Part shown: positions 26,658 through 36,115 of the stretch, piece by piece | How the letters are laid out: every line of letters starts with the position of its first letter | Numbering within the stretch: the first letter of the stretch is position 1 | Source of the DNA: Aquificales bacterium | Lineage (GTDB): Bacteria; Aquificota; Aquificia; Aquificales; QOAS01 | Direction: 5' to 3' | Assembly: GCA_012962155.1 (NCBI GenBank) | Contig: DTXZ01000058.1 | Location: 1 to 47,650, forward strand | DNA length: 47,650 nucleotides | Program-made: the position numbers and the translations under genes | The notes under the pieces: model-generated | Told to the model about the DNA's origin: nothing | The model's input: the letters and a program-made list of their open reading frames with translations, nothing else | Databases searched by the model: none

Positions 26658-28670
26658 ATGCACCGAAGGTTATTTTTACTTCTTTTAAGTCTATCTTTAA
26701 CCTACGCAAAACTTCTTTATTTGGATGCGGAAAAAGTGGAAAAAGAGGAAAATAACTTTATCGCCGAAGGAAACGTAAATCTATCTTTTGGAAAATTTTT
26801 TTTAAAAACTAGGCGGATTAATTATATAAAAAACCAAGAAAAACTGATTGCTGAAGGGGAAGTCTTTTTAACCGATAAAAAAGAGGTCTTCTTACACGCA
26901 AAAAGGGTAGTTTACCACTTAAAAACAAAAGTGGTAGAGCTATATCGGGTGGAAGGAAAGGTTAAAGATGGCTTCTTTAAAAGTGATTTTCTAAGACTAA
27001 AAGGTAATTTATACATATTTAGGAATTTCTGCGCCAGTAAGTGCGAAGATTATCAGGCAGAACTTTGTGCGAAAAAGTTTATCTATAATTCCACTCAGGG
27101 GGAAGGAACGGCTCACAACGCCCTTTTGAAGGTGGAAAATGTCCCAATCTTTTACACTCCCTATTACTCCTTTCTAACCAAGAGGAAGAGCGGGTTTTTA
27201 TCCCCTTTGATTGGAATTGACAGTTACGGAGGTTTCCTTTACAGGCAACCCTACTTTTGGGCCATAGACCCCTACTCCGACTTAACGGTTACCGCGGACT
27301 ACCGAAGTGTGGGAATGAAAGGTATAGGGCTCCATTTTAGGAAGTATTTTTCCCCCAATTTTTACTTGGAAAGTTTAAATGAATACTATTACGATAGTTC
27401 GGAATTTTCCCTCTGGTGGGAAGGGAGGGATTATTACAGAAAAAACCGCTTCCTACTCTACGGATGGGGTTATAAAGGAAAACTCCAATTCGGGTGGGAT
27501 TTACCGTCCGACCTAGATTACTACTACGATATTTTCTTCTTTGATAAAGGAAAACGTTATAAGAGTTTTGCCAAAAGCTATGTAAACTACTCGGTGGAAG
27601 ACCACCAATTTATCCTAAACCTATCGGGTAAATACTTTTATAATCTCTCTACCGGCGATAGGAGTGCAGACCTCCTAATTTTACCCGATGTCTATTTTTA
27701 TCTAAAACCTATAAGGTTGGGTAAGGAATTCTCTTTAGACCTAACCTCTGAGCTTACAAACTTTTACCAATACAACAAAAACCTTTTTAGGTGGAGAATT
27801 GAAACCAACTTCAAGTGGAGGCATATATTCGGAAAAACTCCCCTTACCTTCTACTTTAAACCCTATTACGTTTATTACTCCTCGGGGAGATACGGGAATA
27901 AAAGGCAAGTTACCGGTTTCGACTTAAAGTTAAAGAGTCTCCTCTACGATTACGATTTGGTAAGAGCCTCCCATTGGAAAGTGTTTTCCAGTTTTGAATG
28001 GGTATACGAATTTTCCCCCTTTGAGGAAAAGAAAACCCCAAATTACGATTACTTTGACCGGTTTTCAAAAAAAAATATGGTAAATTTGAGAAACTTAAAC
28101 ATCCTCTACTACAAAGGTATAGCGGTAGGTGAAATTATTTTTGAACAACCCTATAACTTCTATAACGGTTACAACTTTCCAACCGACGGCGAATGGGTAA
28201 ACGGTAAAATCCTCCCTCTAAAGGTCTATTACAAATTTAAAACTCCTTCGCAGGATTTATATCTTTCGGGAAAATTCTATTACGACTATCAACTATCTAA
28301 GGTAGTCTATAACTCCAACTCCTTCAGTTGGAAGGCGGTAAACACCCTCCTTACGGAGGTTAAGCTAAAATTTTCCCACTTTCTTAGTAAGGACCATTTG
28401 GGAAAACGCCAATCGGAGGGTATCTCTTACGGGCTCTCTGCACGTATGGGAAAACTTTATACGGAAATGGAAAACTACTACGATTTTTTCCTTTCAAAAA
28501 ACGTGAGGACCTCTTTAAATCTTTCCTATAGGAAGAGGTGTTGGTCTTTGGGATTAAAGTATGAAAGAAACTACGATAGGGATAGCGGTAAATACGAGTG
28601 GAGGGCTATGTTGGTATTCTCGGTCTTTTCCAATCCGTTTAATTTCTTACTCACGGGTGGTAGGCAATGA
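26658..28670 (+). CDS. lptD: LPS-assembly outer-membrane protein LptD (OstA family)
   Basis: Trimmed to ATG 26658, giving the signal peptide MHRRLFLLLLSLSLTYA. It has an N-terminal OstA-like beta-jellyroll segment. This is followed by a long Tyr/Phe/Asn-rich beta-barrel region (GFLSPLIG, YRQPYFWAI). Confidence 0.8.
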   Translation: MHRRLFLLLLSLSLTYAKLLYLDAEKVEKEENNFIAEGNVNLSFGKFFLKTRRINYIKNQEKLIAEGEVFLTDKKEVFLHAKRVVYHLKTKVVELYRVEGKVKDGFFKSDFLRLKGNLYIFRNFCASKCEDYQAELCAKKFIYNSTQGEGTAHNALLKVENVPIFYTPYYSFLTKRKSGFLSPLIGIDSYGGFLYRQPYFWAIDPYSDLTVTADYRSVGMKGIGLHFRKYFSPNFYLESLNEYYYDSSEFSLWWEGRDYYRKNRFLLYGWGYKGKLQFGWDLPSDLDYYYDIFFFDKGKRYKSFAKSYVNYSVEDHQFILNLSGKYFYNLSTGDRSADLLILPDVYFYLKPIRLGKEFSLDLTSELTNFYQYNKNLFRWRIETNFKWRHIFGKTPLTFYFKPYYVYYSSGRYGNKRQVTGFDLKLKSLLYDYDLVRASHWKVFSSFEWVYEFSPFEEKKTPNYDYFDRFSKKNMVNLRNLNILYYKGIAVGEIIFEQPYNFYNGYNFPTDGEWVNGKILPLKVYYKFKTPSQDLYLSGKFYYDYQLSKVVYNSNSFSWKAVNTLLTEVKLKFSHFLSKDHLGKRQSEGISYGLSARMGKLYTEMENYYDFFLSKNVRTSLNLSYRKRCWSLGLKYERNYDRDSGKYEWRAMLVFSVFSNPFNFLLTGGRQ

Positions 28671-29446
28671 AAAAGAGTTGGCAAAACTCCAAAATCCAGT
28701 GCGAGTGGAATATCATAGGGGAACTAAAGGCCAAACAGGGTGACGTTTGGAGGCTTTTGAGGATACTTTCGGAGTTTGTTCAGGGCTTTGACCTCCTTTC
28801 GGAAATAGGTCCCTCCGTTACCTTTTTCGGTAGTTCCCGCTTTAGCCCCGAAAATCCCTACTACCGGAAAGCCTATGAAACTGCCTATCTTTTCGGTAAG
28901 GAAGGTTATACGGTGGTAACCGGCGGTGGCCCCGGTATAATGGAGGCGGCAAATAAAGGGGCTAAAGAAGCGGGTGCGGAAAGTATAGGCCTTCAAATAG
29001 ACATTCCCGCCGAGGAAGGTAAGAACCCTTATTTGACCAAAAGTTTACTCTTTAAACACTTTTTCGTCAGGAAAGTAATGCTCCTAAGATACGCGTTGGG
29101 GTATGTAATATTTCCGGGAGGTTACGGAACCCTTGACGAACTCTTTGAGGCTTTAACCTTGATGCAGACAAAAAAGATGTTTCCCTTTCCGATACTCCTC
29201 TTTGGAAGTGATTATTGGAAACCTTTGGTTCACTTTATGAGGCATACCATGGTTGAATTCGGAACTATTGGCGACGAAGACCTCAATTTCTTCCAAATTG
29301 TAGACGACCCTAAGGAGGCGGTTGAAATAATAAACCGTTTCGTGTTGGAAAAGAGTAAACATTTCGGGGAAAGTTTCTACGTAAACCCCAAATTCGTTAA
29401 ATTCCTACAGAAGCTAAGGAAAAAATACGAAAAAAGTTGTAATTAG
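28667..29446 (+). CDS. LOG-family / TIGR00730 nucleotide phosphoribohydrolase
   Basis: 259 aa. It has GGGPGIMEAANKGA and PGGYGTLDELFE signature motifs. The start overlaps the lptD stop (ATGA). Confidence 0.88.
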   Translation: MKKSWQNSKIQCEWNIIGELKAKQGDVWRLLRILSEFVQGFDLLSEIGPSVTFFGSSRFSPENPYYRKAYETAYLFGKEGYTVVTGGGPGIMEAANKGAKEAGAESIGLQIDIPAEEGKNPYLTKSLLFKHFFVRKVMLLRYALGYVIFPGGYGTLDELFEALTLMQTKKMFPFPILLFGSDYWKPLVHFMRHTMVEFGTIGDEDLNFFQIVDDPKEAVEIINRFVLEKSKHFGESFYVNPKFVKFLQKLRKKYEKSCN

Positions 29447-29487
29447 TCTTTGCAACTGTTTGTTTTTTTTGTTTAAAATTCCAACCG

Positions 29488-29805
29488 ATGGCGGTAGCAT
29501 TGGTTGTAAACTCCGAAACTAAAGATGGAAAAAAGGCTAAAATTAGCATAACACTAAAAAAGTTTTGCCAATGCAAATCCTCCCACCCCCAATGTCGGGA
29601 GGATGCCCAAAAATTAGCCCCCGAAAAGGTTTCACCGGTTTTAGCCCGTTGGGAAAGTGAAAAAATATTTTGGCAGGACGGAAAACTCCACCCCAACTTT
29701 ATCCTTGAAGTTTTGGAAGCGGTAACGGAAGTTTTGGAAACCGTTTGCGTAACCGCAAAAAGCGAACACTTGCAAGGTGCGGATGTCAAAGTGGAAATTT
29801 CGTAA
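29488..29805 (+). CDS. hypothetical 105-aa ORF in an otherwise unexplained gap (coding status uncertain)
   Basis: It is the only sense-orientation ORF in the 458-nt gap. It has thermophile-like K/E/V/L composition and a CQCKSSHPQC cluster. There is no Shine-Dalgarno sequence, the ATG is buried in a 9-bp hairpin stem, and the opposite strand is also open (130 aa). Confidence 0.3.
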   Translation: MAVALVVNSETKDGKKAKISITLKKFCQCKSSHPQCREDAQKLAPEKVSPVLARWESEKIFWQDGKLHPNFILEVLEAVTEVLETVCVTAKSEHLQGADVKVEIS

Positions 29806-29904
29806 CCCCAAACTTTCTCTTTTCTATAAATCCTCCCCTGTGGGTCTAAAACAGAAAAAACTTAAACTAAAAGTTGTTCTAAACTAATAATTCACTCCAA
29901 GGGA

Positions 29905-30357
29905 ATGCTTAGAAAAGCCAAACCCAAAGACGCGGTTTCTATTCACGGACTTATAAACTTTTATGCCAAGAAAGGTTTACTTTTGCCCGTAAGTTTGAAC
30001 AACCTGTACGACAACATTAGGGACTTTTGGGTATACGAACAAAACGGGCAAATTTGGGGATGTTGCGCCTTGCACATTACTTGGGAAGATTTGGCGGAAA
30101 TCAGAAGTTTGGCGGTAAAAAAGGAGTTCCACGGAAGGGGTATAGGGAAAAAGTTAGTCTTAAAGTGTTTGAAGGAAGCCAAAGAATTAGACCTAAAAAA
30201 GGTTTTCGTTTTAACCTACCAAGTGGAGTTTTTTAAAAAGCTAGGCTTTAAGGAGATAGATAAAACCCTGCTTCCCCACAAGGTTTGGACCGACTGCTTA
30301 AATTGTCCCAAATTTCCCACTTGCGACGAAACCGCAATGGTTAAACATTTGGAGTAG
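29905..30357 (+). CDS. GNAT N-acetyltransferase, short N-acetylglutamate-synthase-like type
   Basis: 150 aa. It has an acetyl-CoA motif A (RGIGKKLV) and a C-terminal CLNCPKFPTCDE cluster, as seen in short ArgA-like GNATs. The family recall is from memory. Confidence 0.75.
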   Translation: MLRKAKPKDAVSIHGLINFYAKKGLLLPVSLNNLYDNIRDFWVYEQNGQIWGCCALHITWEDLAEIRSLAVKKEFHGRGIGKKLVLKCLKEAKELDLKKVFVLTYQVEFFKKLGFKEIDKTLLPHKVWTDCLNCPKFPTCDETAMVKHLE

Positions 30358-30360
30358 AAA

Positions 30361-31050
30361 ATGGGTTTAGACCCCAAAGCGGTAAGACCCTTTTTAAGAA
30401 AAGCCCTAATAGGTTTGAATCTCCCTATAGTGCAACTTTTGAAACTTTTAAGGTTTTCCCTGCGGTTTGAAGATAGTTTTTGGAACGAGGTTTCTAAAAA
30501 TAGACCCGCCCTTATAGCCCTTTACCACGGAGAACTTTTGCCTTTAACCCTTTACGGGGCATACCGGGGAAAATTGGCAACGGTTGTAAGCTTACATGCG
30601 GATGGGGAAATTATCGCCAAAGTTTTGAATAGACTAGGTTACAAAGTTATCCGAGGTTCAAGCGACGAGGGTAGGTATAAGGGTGGTTCTAAAGCCCTTC
30701 GGGAAATATTGAAGCTGCTAGGTAACGGTTACTTGGTAGCGATTACCGTTGATGGACCCAAAGGACCTTGTTGCAAGGTAAAAGACGGAATCATCTATGC
30801 CGGTTGGTTTTCTAGAAGACCAATATACCCCGTAAGAATAGAGGTTAAGGGAATGCGCCTCCCAACATGGGACAGATTTTTAGTCCCCTTCCCCTTTGCG
30901 GAGGTAAAGATAAAATTGGGAAACCCCATTTGGGTTAAAGATAAAACTGCCTTTCCCCTTTACAGGAAAAAGTTGGAAAGGGAGCTAATTTCTATAGGTG
31001 AGACCGTCGAAAAGTACCGCATTTTTGATGCAGGAAGGGGGGTTCAATGA
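30361..31050 (+). CDS. DUF374 / lysophospholipid-acyltransferase-like protein
   Basis: 229 aa. It has HGELLPL ... SLHADGEIIAKVLNRLGYKVIRGSS ... ITVDGPKGP blocks characteristic of DUF374 proteins. Confidence 0.75.
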   Translation: MGLDPKAVRPFLRKALIGLNLPIVQLLKLLRFSLRFEDSFWNEVSKNRPALIALYHGELLPLTLYGAYRGKLATVVSLHADGEIIAKVLNRLGYKVIRGSSDEGRYKGGSKALREILKLLGNGYLVAITVDGPKGPCCKVKDGIIYAGWFSRRPIYPVRIEVKGMRLPTWDRFLVPFPFAEVKIKLGNPIWVKDKTAFPLYRKKLERELISIGETVEKYRIFDAGRGVQ

Positions 31051-31673
31051 GAATCCTGACAATCCACGGTTGGGGTTTCTGTCCCAAGGTCTTTCAAACT
31101 TTGGAAGGAATTGGAGAAGTTTTTCACCACCACCTTGAGGAAGAAAGCCTAAAAAGGGAAAGCCAAAAGGTGGCGGAAAAAATTGATAAGGAGACCTTAG
31201 TAGTTGGTTGGTCCCTGGGGGCAACCGTTGCGGTTTTAGCGGGTATAAAAAATCCCCCCAAAGGGTTGGTATTAATAGGTGCAACCCCCCACTTTGGAAA
31301 GGCTTGGAAAGGGCAATACATAAATAGCTTTTTTAAAGAACTGAAGGAAAACTTTGAAAGGAAGTTAAAAGAATTTAGAAAAATCGCTTGGAAAGATTCT
31401 ATATGTGGAGATGAAATCCCTTCCGAGGAAAAAGCGGTAAAACTACTGAGGGAGTTTGTGAATACCGATATATCGGAATTCCTAATGTTGTTAAATATTC
31501 CAACCGTTATCCTCCATGGAAGGAAAGACCCCGTAACCCCCTACAGAGAAGCCAGAAAGATGGTAAAATTAAACCCCTCTTTTAGGCTAGTAACCTACGA
31601 TGGAGGACATTTTCCGAAACATTTTACCCGAAGAGATTGGGAGGAGATTTTCTCAAGCCTTTGCCAGCTATAA
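31047..31673 (+). CDS. alpha/beta hydrolase, BioH-like pimeloyl-ACP methyl ester esterase candidate
   Basis: 208 aa. It has HGWG, the GWSLGA nucleophile elbow, GRKDPV and GGHFP (Ser-Asp-His triad context). It lies immediately upstream of a BioC-like gene. Confidence 0.7.
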   Translation: MRILTIHGWGFCPKVFQTLEGIGEVFHHHLEEESLKRESQKVAEKIDKETLVVGWSLGATVAVLAGIKNPPKGLVLIGATPHFGKAWKGQYINSFFKELKENFERKLKEFRKIAWKDSICGDEIPSEEKAVKLLREFVNTDISEFLMLLNIPTVILHGRKDPVTPYREARKMVKLNPSFRLVTYDGGHFPKHFTRRDWEEIFSSLCQL

Positions 31674-32277
31674 AGCATGGGCTATACCCCAAAGGGAAGC
31701 GGGAAAAATCCTTATAGAAAAATTCGGAGTTTTTATAAAGAAAGGAGAAATCGTTTTAGACGCGGGTGCGGGGGTAGGGCTTTTAACGGAGAAACTTTTG
31801 GAACTTTGTAATAAAGTTTTCGTTTGCGATTTATCTTTTCCCTCTTTAAAGGAAAACCCCGCCGTAAGGCGGGCCTTTATCTGCAATATTGAAAATCTAC
31901 CACTGAAAAACCGTTCGGTGGATTGGGTAGCTTCAAACTTTGTATTGCATTGGTGCAACCATAAAAAGGCTCTGGGGGAATTTTTAAGGGTTTCCAAAAA
32001 GGGGTTTTTCTTTTCCGTTCCAGTCAAAGGTTCATTAGAGGGTATAGGTTTTCCCTTCCCTTGTGAGGAGGATATTTTGGAAACGGTTAAACCCCAAAGG
32101 TGGTTTACCGAGGAAATAGAAATCCCCTTCAGGGGGAAGGATTTTCTCCTTTTTTTCAAGAAAACGGGAACGGGATTTAACCCCAATAAGACCCTCTCCG
32201 CCTTCGAAATTTTGAAAAAACCACATTTGGTAAAAAACTACTCTTTCAAAGTTCTATTTGCGCTAAAAACCCTCTAA
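31600..32277 (+). CDS. SAM methyltransferase, BioC-like malonyl-ACP O-methyltransferase candidate
   Basis: 225 aa. The N-terminus IGRRFSQAFASYKAWAIPQREAG parallels the BioC F..AA..Y...A..Q start. SAM motif I is LDAGAGVGLLT. It also has NLPL...SVDWVASNFVLHW. The ATG at 31600 lies 74 nt inside the upstream gene. Confidence 0.7.
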   Translation: MEDIFRNILPEEIGRRFSQAFASYKAWAIPQREAGKILIEKFGVFIKKGEIVLDAGAGVGLLTEKLLELCNKVFVCDLSFPSLKENPAVRRAFICNIENLPLKNRSVDWVASNFVLHWCNHKKALGEFLRVSKKGFFFSVPVKGSLEGIGFPFPCEEDILETVKPQRWFTEEIEIPFRGKDFLLFFKKTGTGFNPNKTLSAFEILKKPHLVKNYSFKVLFALKTL

Positions 32278-32342
32278 GGTCGGGAATGAATTTTCTTATT
32301 CAGTAGAGTGTGTGTCGGCTAACTTGCCGGTGTAGAATCCAA

Positions 32343-32835
32343 TTAAAAGCCCTTAGGTGATTTTTTGAACCTATCATTAATTTGGAATTTAATGTACTTC
32401 TCTTCTATAGTTGCTCCTATCTTTAGGGCTTCAATTACCGATTTTTCCCCTTGGGTTACCAAGCTGGTATACAAACTTTGTATTTTCTTGTTTTTAAAAA
32501 CTTCTATCTTGTCGGTAACAGGGTCTTCCAGTCCGTATTTCTTTATTAACCTCCCTATAATGTTCATATATCTTTGCTCCGAACGGGCGATTTTTCCAAA
32601 AACCGAAAGCCCCCATTTTTGGTAGATGGCTAGGTAAACATCTCTTGCAAGTTTTTCCTCTTCTCTCACATAAAGCAAGGTTTCTACTTCTTGTTTGAGG
32701 AGTTAGTTTTTTCTTAGGTAAACTTTTTATGTAATGAATTCCGTGATTCTTTTCCACCACCCAACAGGGAGGATTAAAAGAAAATCCTATTAAAGGTATT
32801 ACCGATAGGGAAACTACCAAACCAATTAACTTCAT
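32343..32835 (-). pseudogene. DUF2202 ferritin-like protein gene, frameshifted and apparently 3'-truncated
   Basis: There are two overlapping minus-strand ORFs. The signal-peptide part (MKLIGLVVSLSVIPLIG... from 32835) is in one frame. The conserved LLYVREEEKLARDVY...SEQRYMNII core is in the +1 frame. The frames must be joined within 32679-32702. The ORF ends soon after IGATIEE, without the expected second ferritin-like half. Confidence 0.65.
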
Positions 32836-32910
32836 CAGTTTTATAATTATAAAAATAGACTTCACTTTACAAAGTGACAAACCGATAAAGGAATAGGGAA
32901 AAAGAAACGG

Positions 32911-35013
32911 CTACTCCTGTTTTTCTTTCATTCTTTCACCGACTATTTTTTCCTGAATTTGTTTGGGAACTTCCTCATAGTGGGAGAAGGTCATTTGGAA
33001 GGTTCCCCTACCTTGGGTTAGAGACCTTAGGGAGGTTGCATATCCAAACATTTCCGCCAAGGGAACGTGGGCTTTTATGGTAACAATTTGTCCTTTTTTC
33101 TCGGTTCCGAGAATTTTACCCCTTCTGGAGTTGAGGTCTCCGATAACCGCACCCATGTATTCTTCGGGAACCTCCACTTCAACTTCCATTATGGGTTCAA
33201 GCAGAACAGGTTGGGCTTTTTTAAACGCTTCTTTAAAGGCTATCTGCCCCGCTATTTGGAATGCGATATCGGAAGAGTCAACTTCGTGGTAAGAACCGTT
33301 GTGGAGTCTTACTTTAACGTCTACAATGGGATAACCCGCCAATATACCACTTTCGAGGACTTGTCTTATACCCTTTTCAACGGAAGGAATGAACTCTTTG
33401 GGAATAATACCACCCACTATTGCGTCTTCAAATTCAAATCCTTTACCCCTGGGTAAGGGTTCGAGGTCTATAACGACATGTCCATATTGACCCCTACCAC
33501 CGGACTGTCGGATGTATTTTCCTTCAACATTTTTAACGGGAACTTTAATGGTTTCCCTATAGGCAACTTGGGGTTTACCCATTGTTACGTCAACGTTATA
33601 TTCCCTTTTCATACGGTCTACCATAATTTCAAGGTGAAGCTCACCCATTCCGTGGATTAGGGTTTGTCCGGTTTCGGGGTCTACCGTTGCCCTAAAGGTG
33701 GGGTCTTCCTTCATAAGTTTGTTGAGAATCTCGGAGAGTTTTTCTTGATCTTTTTTAGTTTTTGGTTCTATAGCCATAGAGATAACGGGTTCGGGAAATT
33801 CCAATTTTTCCAGAACTACGGGGTGCTTTTCGTCGGATAAGGTATCTCCGGTAGCGGCGTCCAAGCCAACAACCGCAACGATGTCTCCCGCGTTAACTTC
33901 GGGAACTTCCGACCTGTGATTGGCATGCATTAGGTAGAACCTTGCCAGTCTCTCCTTTTTATTTCTGGTTGCGTTGTAGACGTAAGTTCCCGCTTTGGCA
34001 TGTCCGGAGAATACCCTTATGTAGGTAAGCTGCCCCGCATAGGGGTCTGCCATTATTTTGAAGACGTATGCGACAAAAGGTTCGTCGTCCAAGGGTTTGA
34101 TAATAACTTCCTCGCCGGTTTTGGGGTTTATTCCTTTTATGGGAGGTAGGTCTATAGGCGAAGGTAGGTAGTCCACAACCGCATCCAACAGGGGTTGGAT
34201 ACCTTTATTCTTAAACGCAGAACCGCACAATACGGGAACCAATTGGCGTTCTATAGTGGCTTTTCTCAAAGCCTTTTTGAGTTCCTCGTTGGAAATTTCT
34301 TCCCCTTCCAAGTATTTTTCCATTAACTTTTCGTCGGTTTCCACTATAGCCTCTATCATCTTTTCCCGCCACTCTTGGGCTTGCTCTCTCAGTTCGGGTC
34401 TTATTTCCCTGTATTCGTATTTTGCCCCTAGGGTTTCTTCCAACCAGATTATCTCTTTCATTTCAAATAGGTCTATAACTCCCTCAAAACGGTCTTCCGC
34501 CCCTACGGGGAGTTGTATCGCAACGGGTTTTATGGTGAGCTTCTTCTCAACCTCTTCCAAGACCCTGAAAAAGTCGGCCCCTAAACGGTCCATTTTGTTG
34601 ATGAAGATGATTCTCGGCTTTCCAAATTTGTCCGCCCATCTCCAGTTAGCCTCGGATTGGGGCTGAACTCCTTCAACTGCGGAGAGAATAAATACGATTC
34701 CGTCCAAAACTTTCATGGAACGGACAACTTCAACCGCAAAGTCTACGTGACCAGGAGTATCAATAATGTTTATTTGGTATCTTATTCCGTCCTTATCCCA
34801 GTATGTTGCGGTGGTAGCGGCGGTTATGGTGATACCCCTTTCCTTCTCTTGGGGCATCCAGTCCATAGTTGCGGCACCGTCGTGAACCTCTCCAATTTTG
34901 TAGGTTTTTCCGGTGTAATACAAAATTCTTTCGGTGGTGGTGGTTTTTCCCGCGTCTATGTGGGCTACGATACCTATGTTTCTAAGATGCTCTATGGGAA
35001 CTTGCCTTGCCAT
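32911..35013 (-). CDS. fusA: elongation factor G
   Basis: 700 aa. It has [28 protein letters not shown] and the complete EF-G domains II-V. Confidence 0.97.
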   Translation of the reverse strand: MARQVPIEHLRNIGIVAHIDAGKTTTTERILYYTGKTYKIGEVHDGAATMDWMPQEKERGITITAATTATYWDKDGIRYQINIIDTPGHVDFAVEVVRSMKVLDGIVFILSAVEGVQPQSEANWRWADKFGKPRIIFINKMDRLGADFFRVLEEVEKKLTIKPVAIQLPVGAEDRFEGVIDLFEMKEIIWLEETLGAKYEYREIRPELREQAQEWREKMIEAIVETDEKLMEKYLEGEEISNEELKKALRKATIERQLVPVLCGSAFKNKGIQPLLDAVVDYLPSPIDLPPIKGINPKTGEEVIIKPLDDEPFVAYVFKIMADPYAGQLTYIRVFSGHAKAGTYVYNATRNKKERLARFYLMHANHRSEVPEVNAGDIVAVVGLDAATGDTLSDEKHPVVLEKLEFPEPVISMAIEPKTKKDQEKLSEILNKLMKEDPTFRATVDPETGQTLIHGMGELHLEIMVDRMKREYNVDVTMGKPQVAYRETIKVPVKNVEGKYIRQSGGRGQYGHVVIDLEPLPRGKGFEFEDAIVGGIIPKEFIPSVEKGIRQVLESGILAGYPIVDVKVRLHNGSYHEVDSSDIAFQIAGQIAFKEAFKKAQPVLLEPIMEVEVEVPEEYMGAVIGDLNSRRGKILGTEKKGQIVTIKAHVPLAEMFGYATSLRSLTQGRGTFQMTFSHYEEVPKQIQEKIVGERMKEKQE

Positions 35014-35095
35014 TTTTTACCTCCCCAAAGGTTTTTGATCTGCTAAAACTTTGAGGTTGATAAAGCGAAAAATGAAATAGGTGGAATCCATTGAA

Positions 35096-35581
35096 TTACC
35101 ACCTAAAGTGGGAGAAAACTTTATTGGCTTCCGCCATGCGGTGGACTTCTTCTTTTTTCTTAATTGCCCCACCTTTGCCGTTTATAGCGTCTATTAATTC
35201 CTGCTTCAATTTATATTCCATTTTGTTTTTCTTTCCGTCACCTATAAAGCGTTCCCTAGCGGCTTCTACAATCCACCTAAGGGCCAGAGATATTTGCCTC
35301 CTTTCGGGAACTTCTACGGGAACTTGGTAGGTTGCACCTCCCACCCTTCGGGTTCTCACTTCCCATTCCGGTTTTACATTTTCAACCGCCTTTTCTAAAA
35401 CTTCTACGGGGGTAAGTCCAAGTTCTTTAGCCGCTTCTTCTAAAGCGGTGTAAACGATATATTCCGCAACCGATTTTTTACCGTCTTTCATTACACGGTT
35501 TATAAGCTTGTGAACTAGAACGCTACCGTATTTGTTATCCGGGGTTATTTCCCTCGGAGGAACGGGTCCTTTTCTTGGCAT
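35096..35581 (-). CDS. rpsG: 30S ribosomal protein S7
   Basis: 161 aa. It has [34 protein letters not shown] and a C-terminal HFRW. Confidence 0.96.
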   Translation of the reverse strand: MPRKGPVPPREITPDNKYGSVLVHKLINRVMKDGKKSVAEYIVYTALEEAAKELGLTPVEVLEKAVENVKPEWEVRTRRVGGATYQVPVEVPERRQISLALRWIVEAARERFIGDGKKNKMEYKLKQELIDAINGKGGAIKKKEEVHRMAEANKVFSHFRW

Positions 35582-35600
35582 TACTTGTTACCTCCGATAA

Positions 35601-35984
35601 TTATTTTTTCTCTTCTTTAGGTCTTTTAGTTCCGTATTTAGAACGGGATTGGCGTCTGTGGGGAACACCCGCGGCGTCCAAAGCTCCCCTAATAACTTTA
35701 TACCTAACACCGGGTAGATCTTTAACCCTACCACCCCTTACCAACACTATGGAGTGTTCCTGTAGGTTGTGTCCCTCACCGGGAATATAGGCGGTAACCT
35801 CTATACCATTGGAAAGTCTAACCCTTGTAACTTTCCTTAGCGCGGAGTTGGGTTTTTTGGGGGTTACGGTATAAACCCTTACACAAACTCCCCTCTTTTG
35901 AGGACAACCTTGAAGCGCCGGAGCTTTAGATTTTTTAGGTTTTCTTTCTCTACCCTTTCTTATAAGCTGGTTAATTGTCGGCAT
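35601..35984 (-). CDS. rpsL: 30S ribosomal protein S12
   Basis: 127 aa. It has [23 protein letters not shown] and [14 protein letters not shown]. Confidence 0.97.
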   Translation of the reverse strand: MPTINQLIRKGRERKPKKSKAPALQGCPQKRGVCVRVYTVTPKKPNSALRKVTRVRLSNGIEVTAYIPGEGHNLQEHSIVLVRGGRVKDLPGVRYKVIRGALDAAGVPHRRQSRSKYGTKRPKEEKK

Positions 35985-36034
35985 TCGGTAAAGCCTCCTC
36001 CAGTATTATTACCAATTAAAAACGCCAAACTGTT

Positions 36035-36064
36035 ATTATAACATATGGAACTTGCGGGATACAA
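36035..36064 (-). promoter_or_regulatory. candidate promoter of the rpsL-rpsG-fusA operon
   Basis: On the minus strand: TTGTAT (complement of 36059-36064), an 18-nt spacer, then TGT-TATAAT (extended -10; TATAAT is the complement of 36035-36040). It lies about 50 nt upstream of the rpsL ATG. Confidence 0.45.
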
Positions 36065-36115
36065 TGGAAAGAAATAGAATAAGAGGAAAATTTTAACCTT
36101 TAGAAGGTTGTATTT

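Noticed and set aside
29447-29904. RNase P RNA, tmRNA, SRP RNA or 6S RNA in the unexplained gap. For example, GAGAAAGTTTGGGG on the minus strand vaguely resembles the P4 GAGGAAAGUCCGGGC.
   Set aside because: There is no intact P4 pair (no matching ACAGAA.CCGGCUUA partner). There is no tRNA-like 3' end or tag ORF for tmRNA, and no SRP domain IV motif. The region is only about 42% GC, whereas structural RNAs of thermophiles are usually markedly GC-rich. It is kept only as an unexplained structured region.
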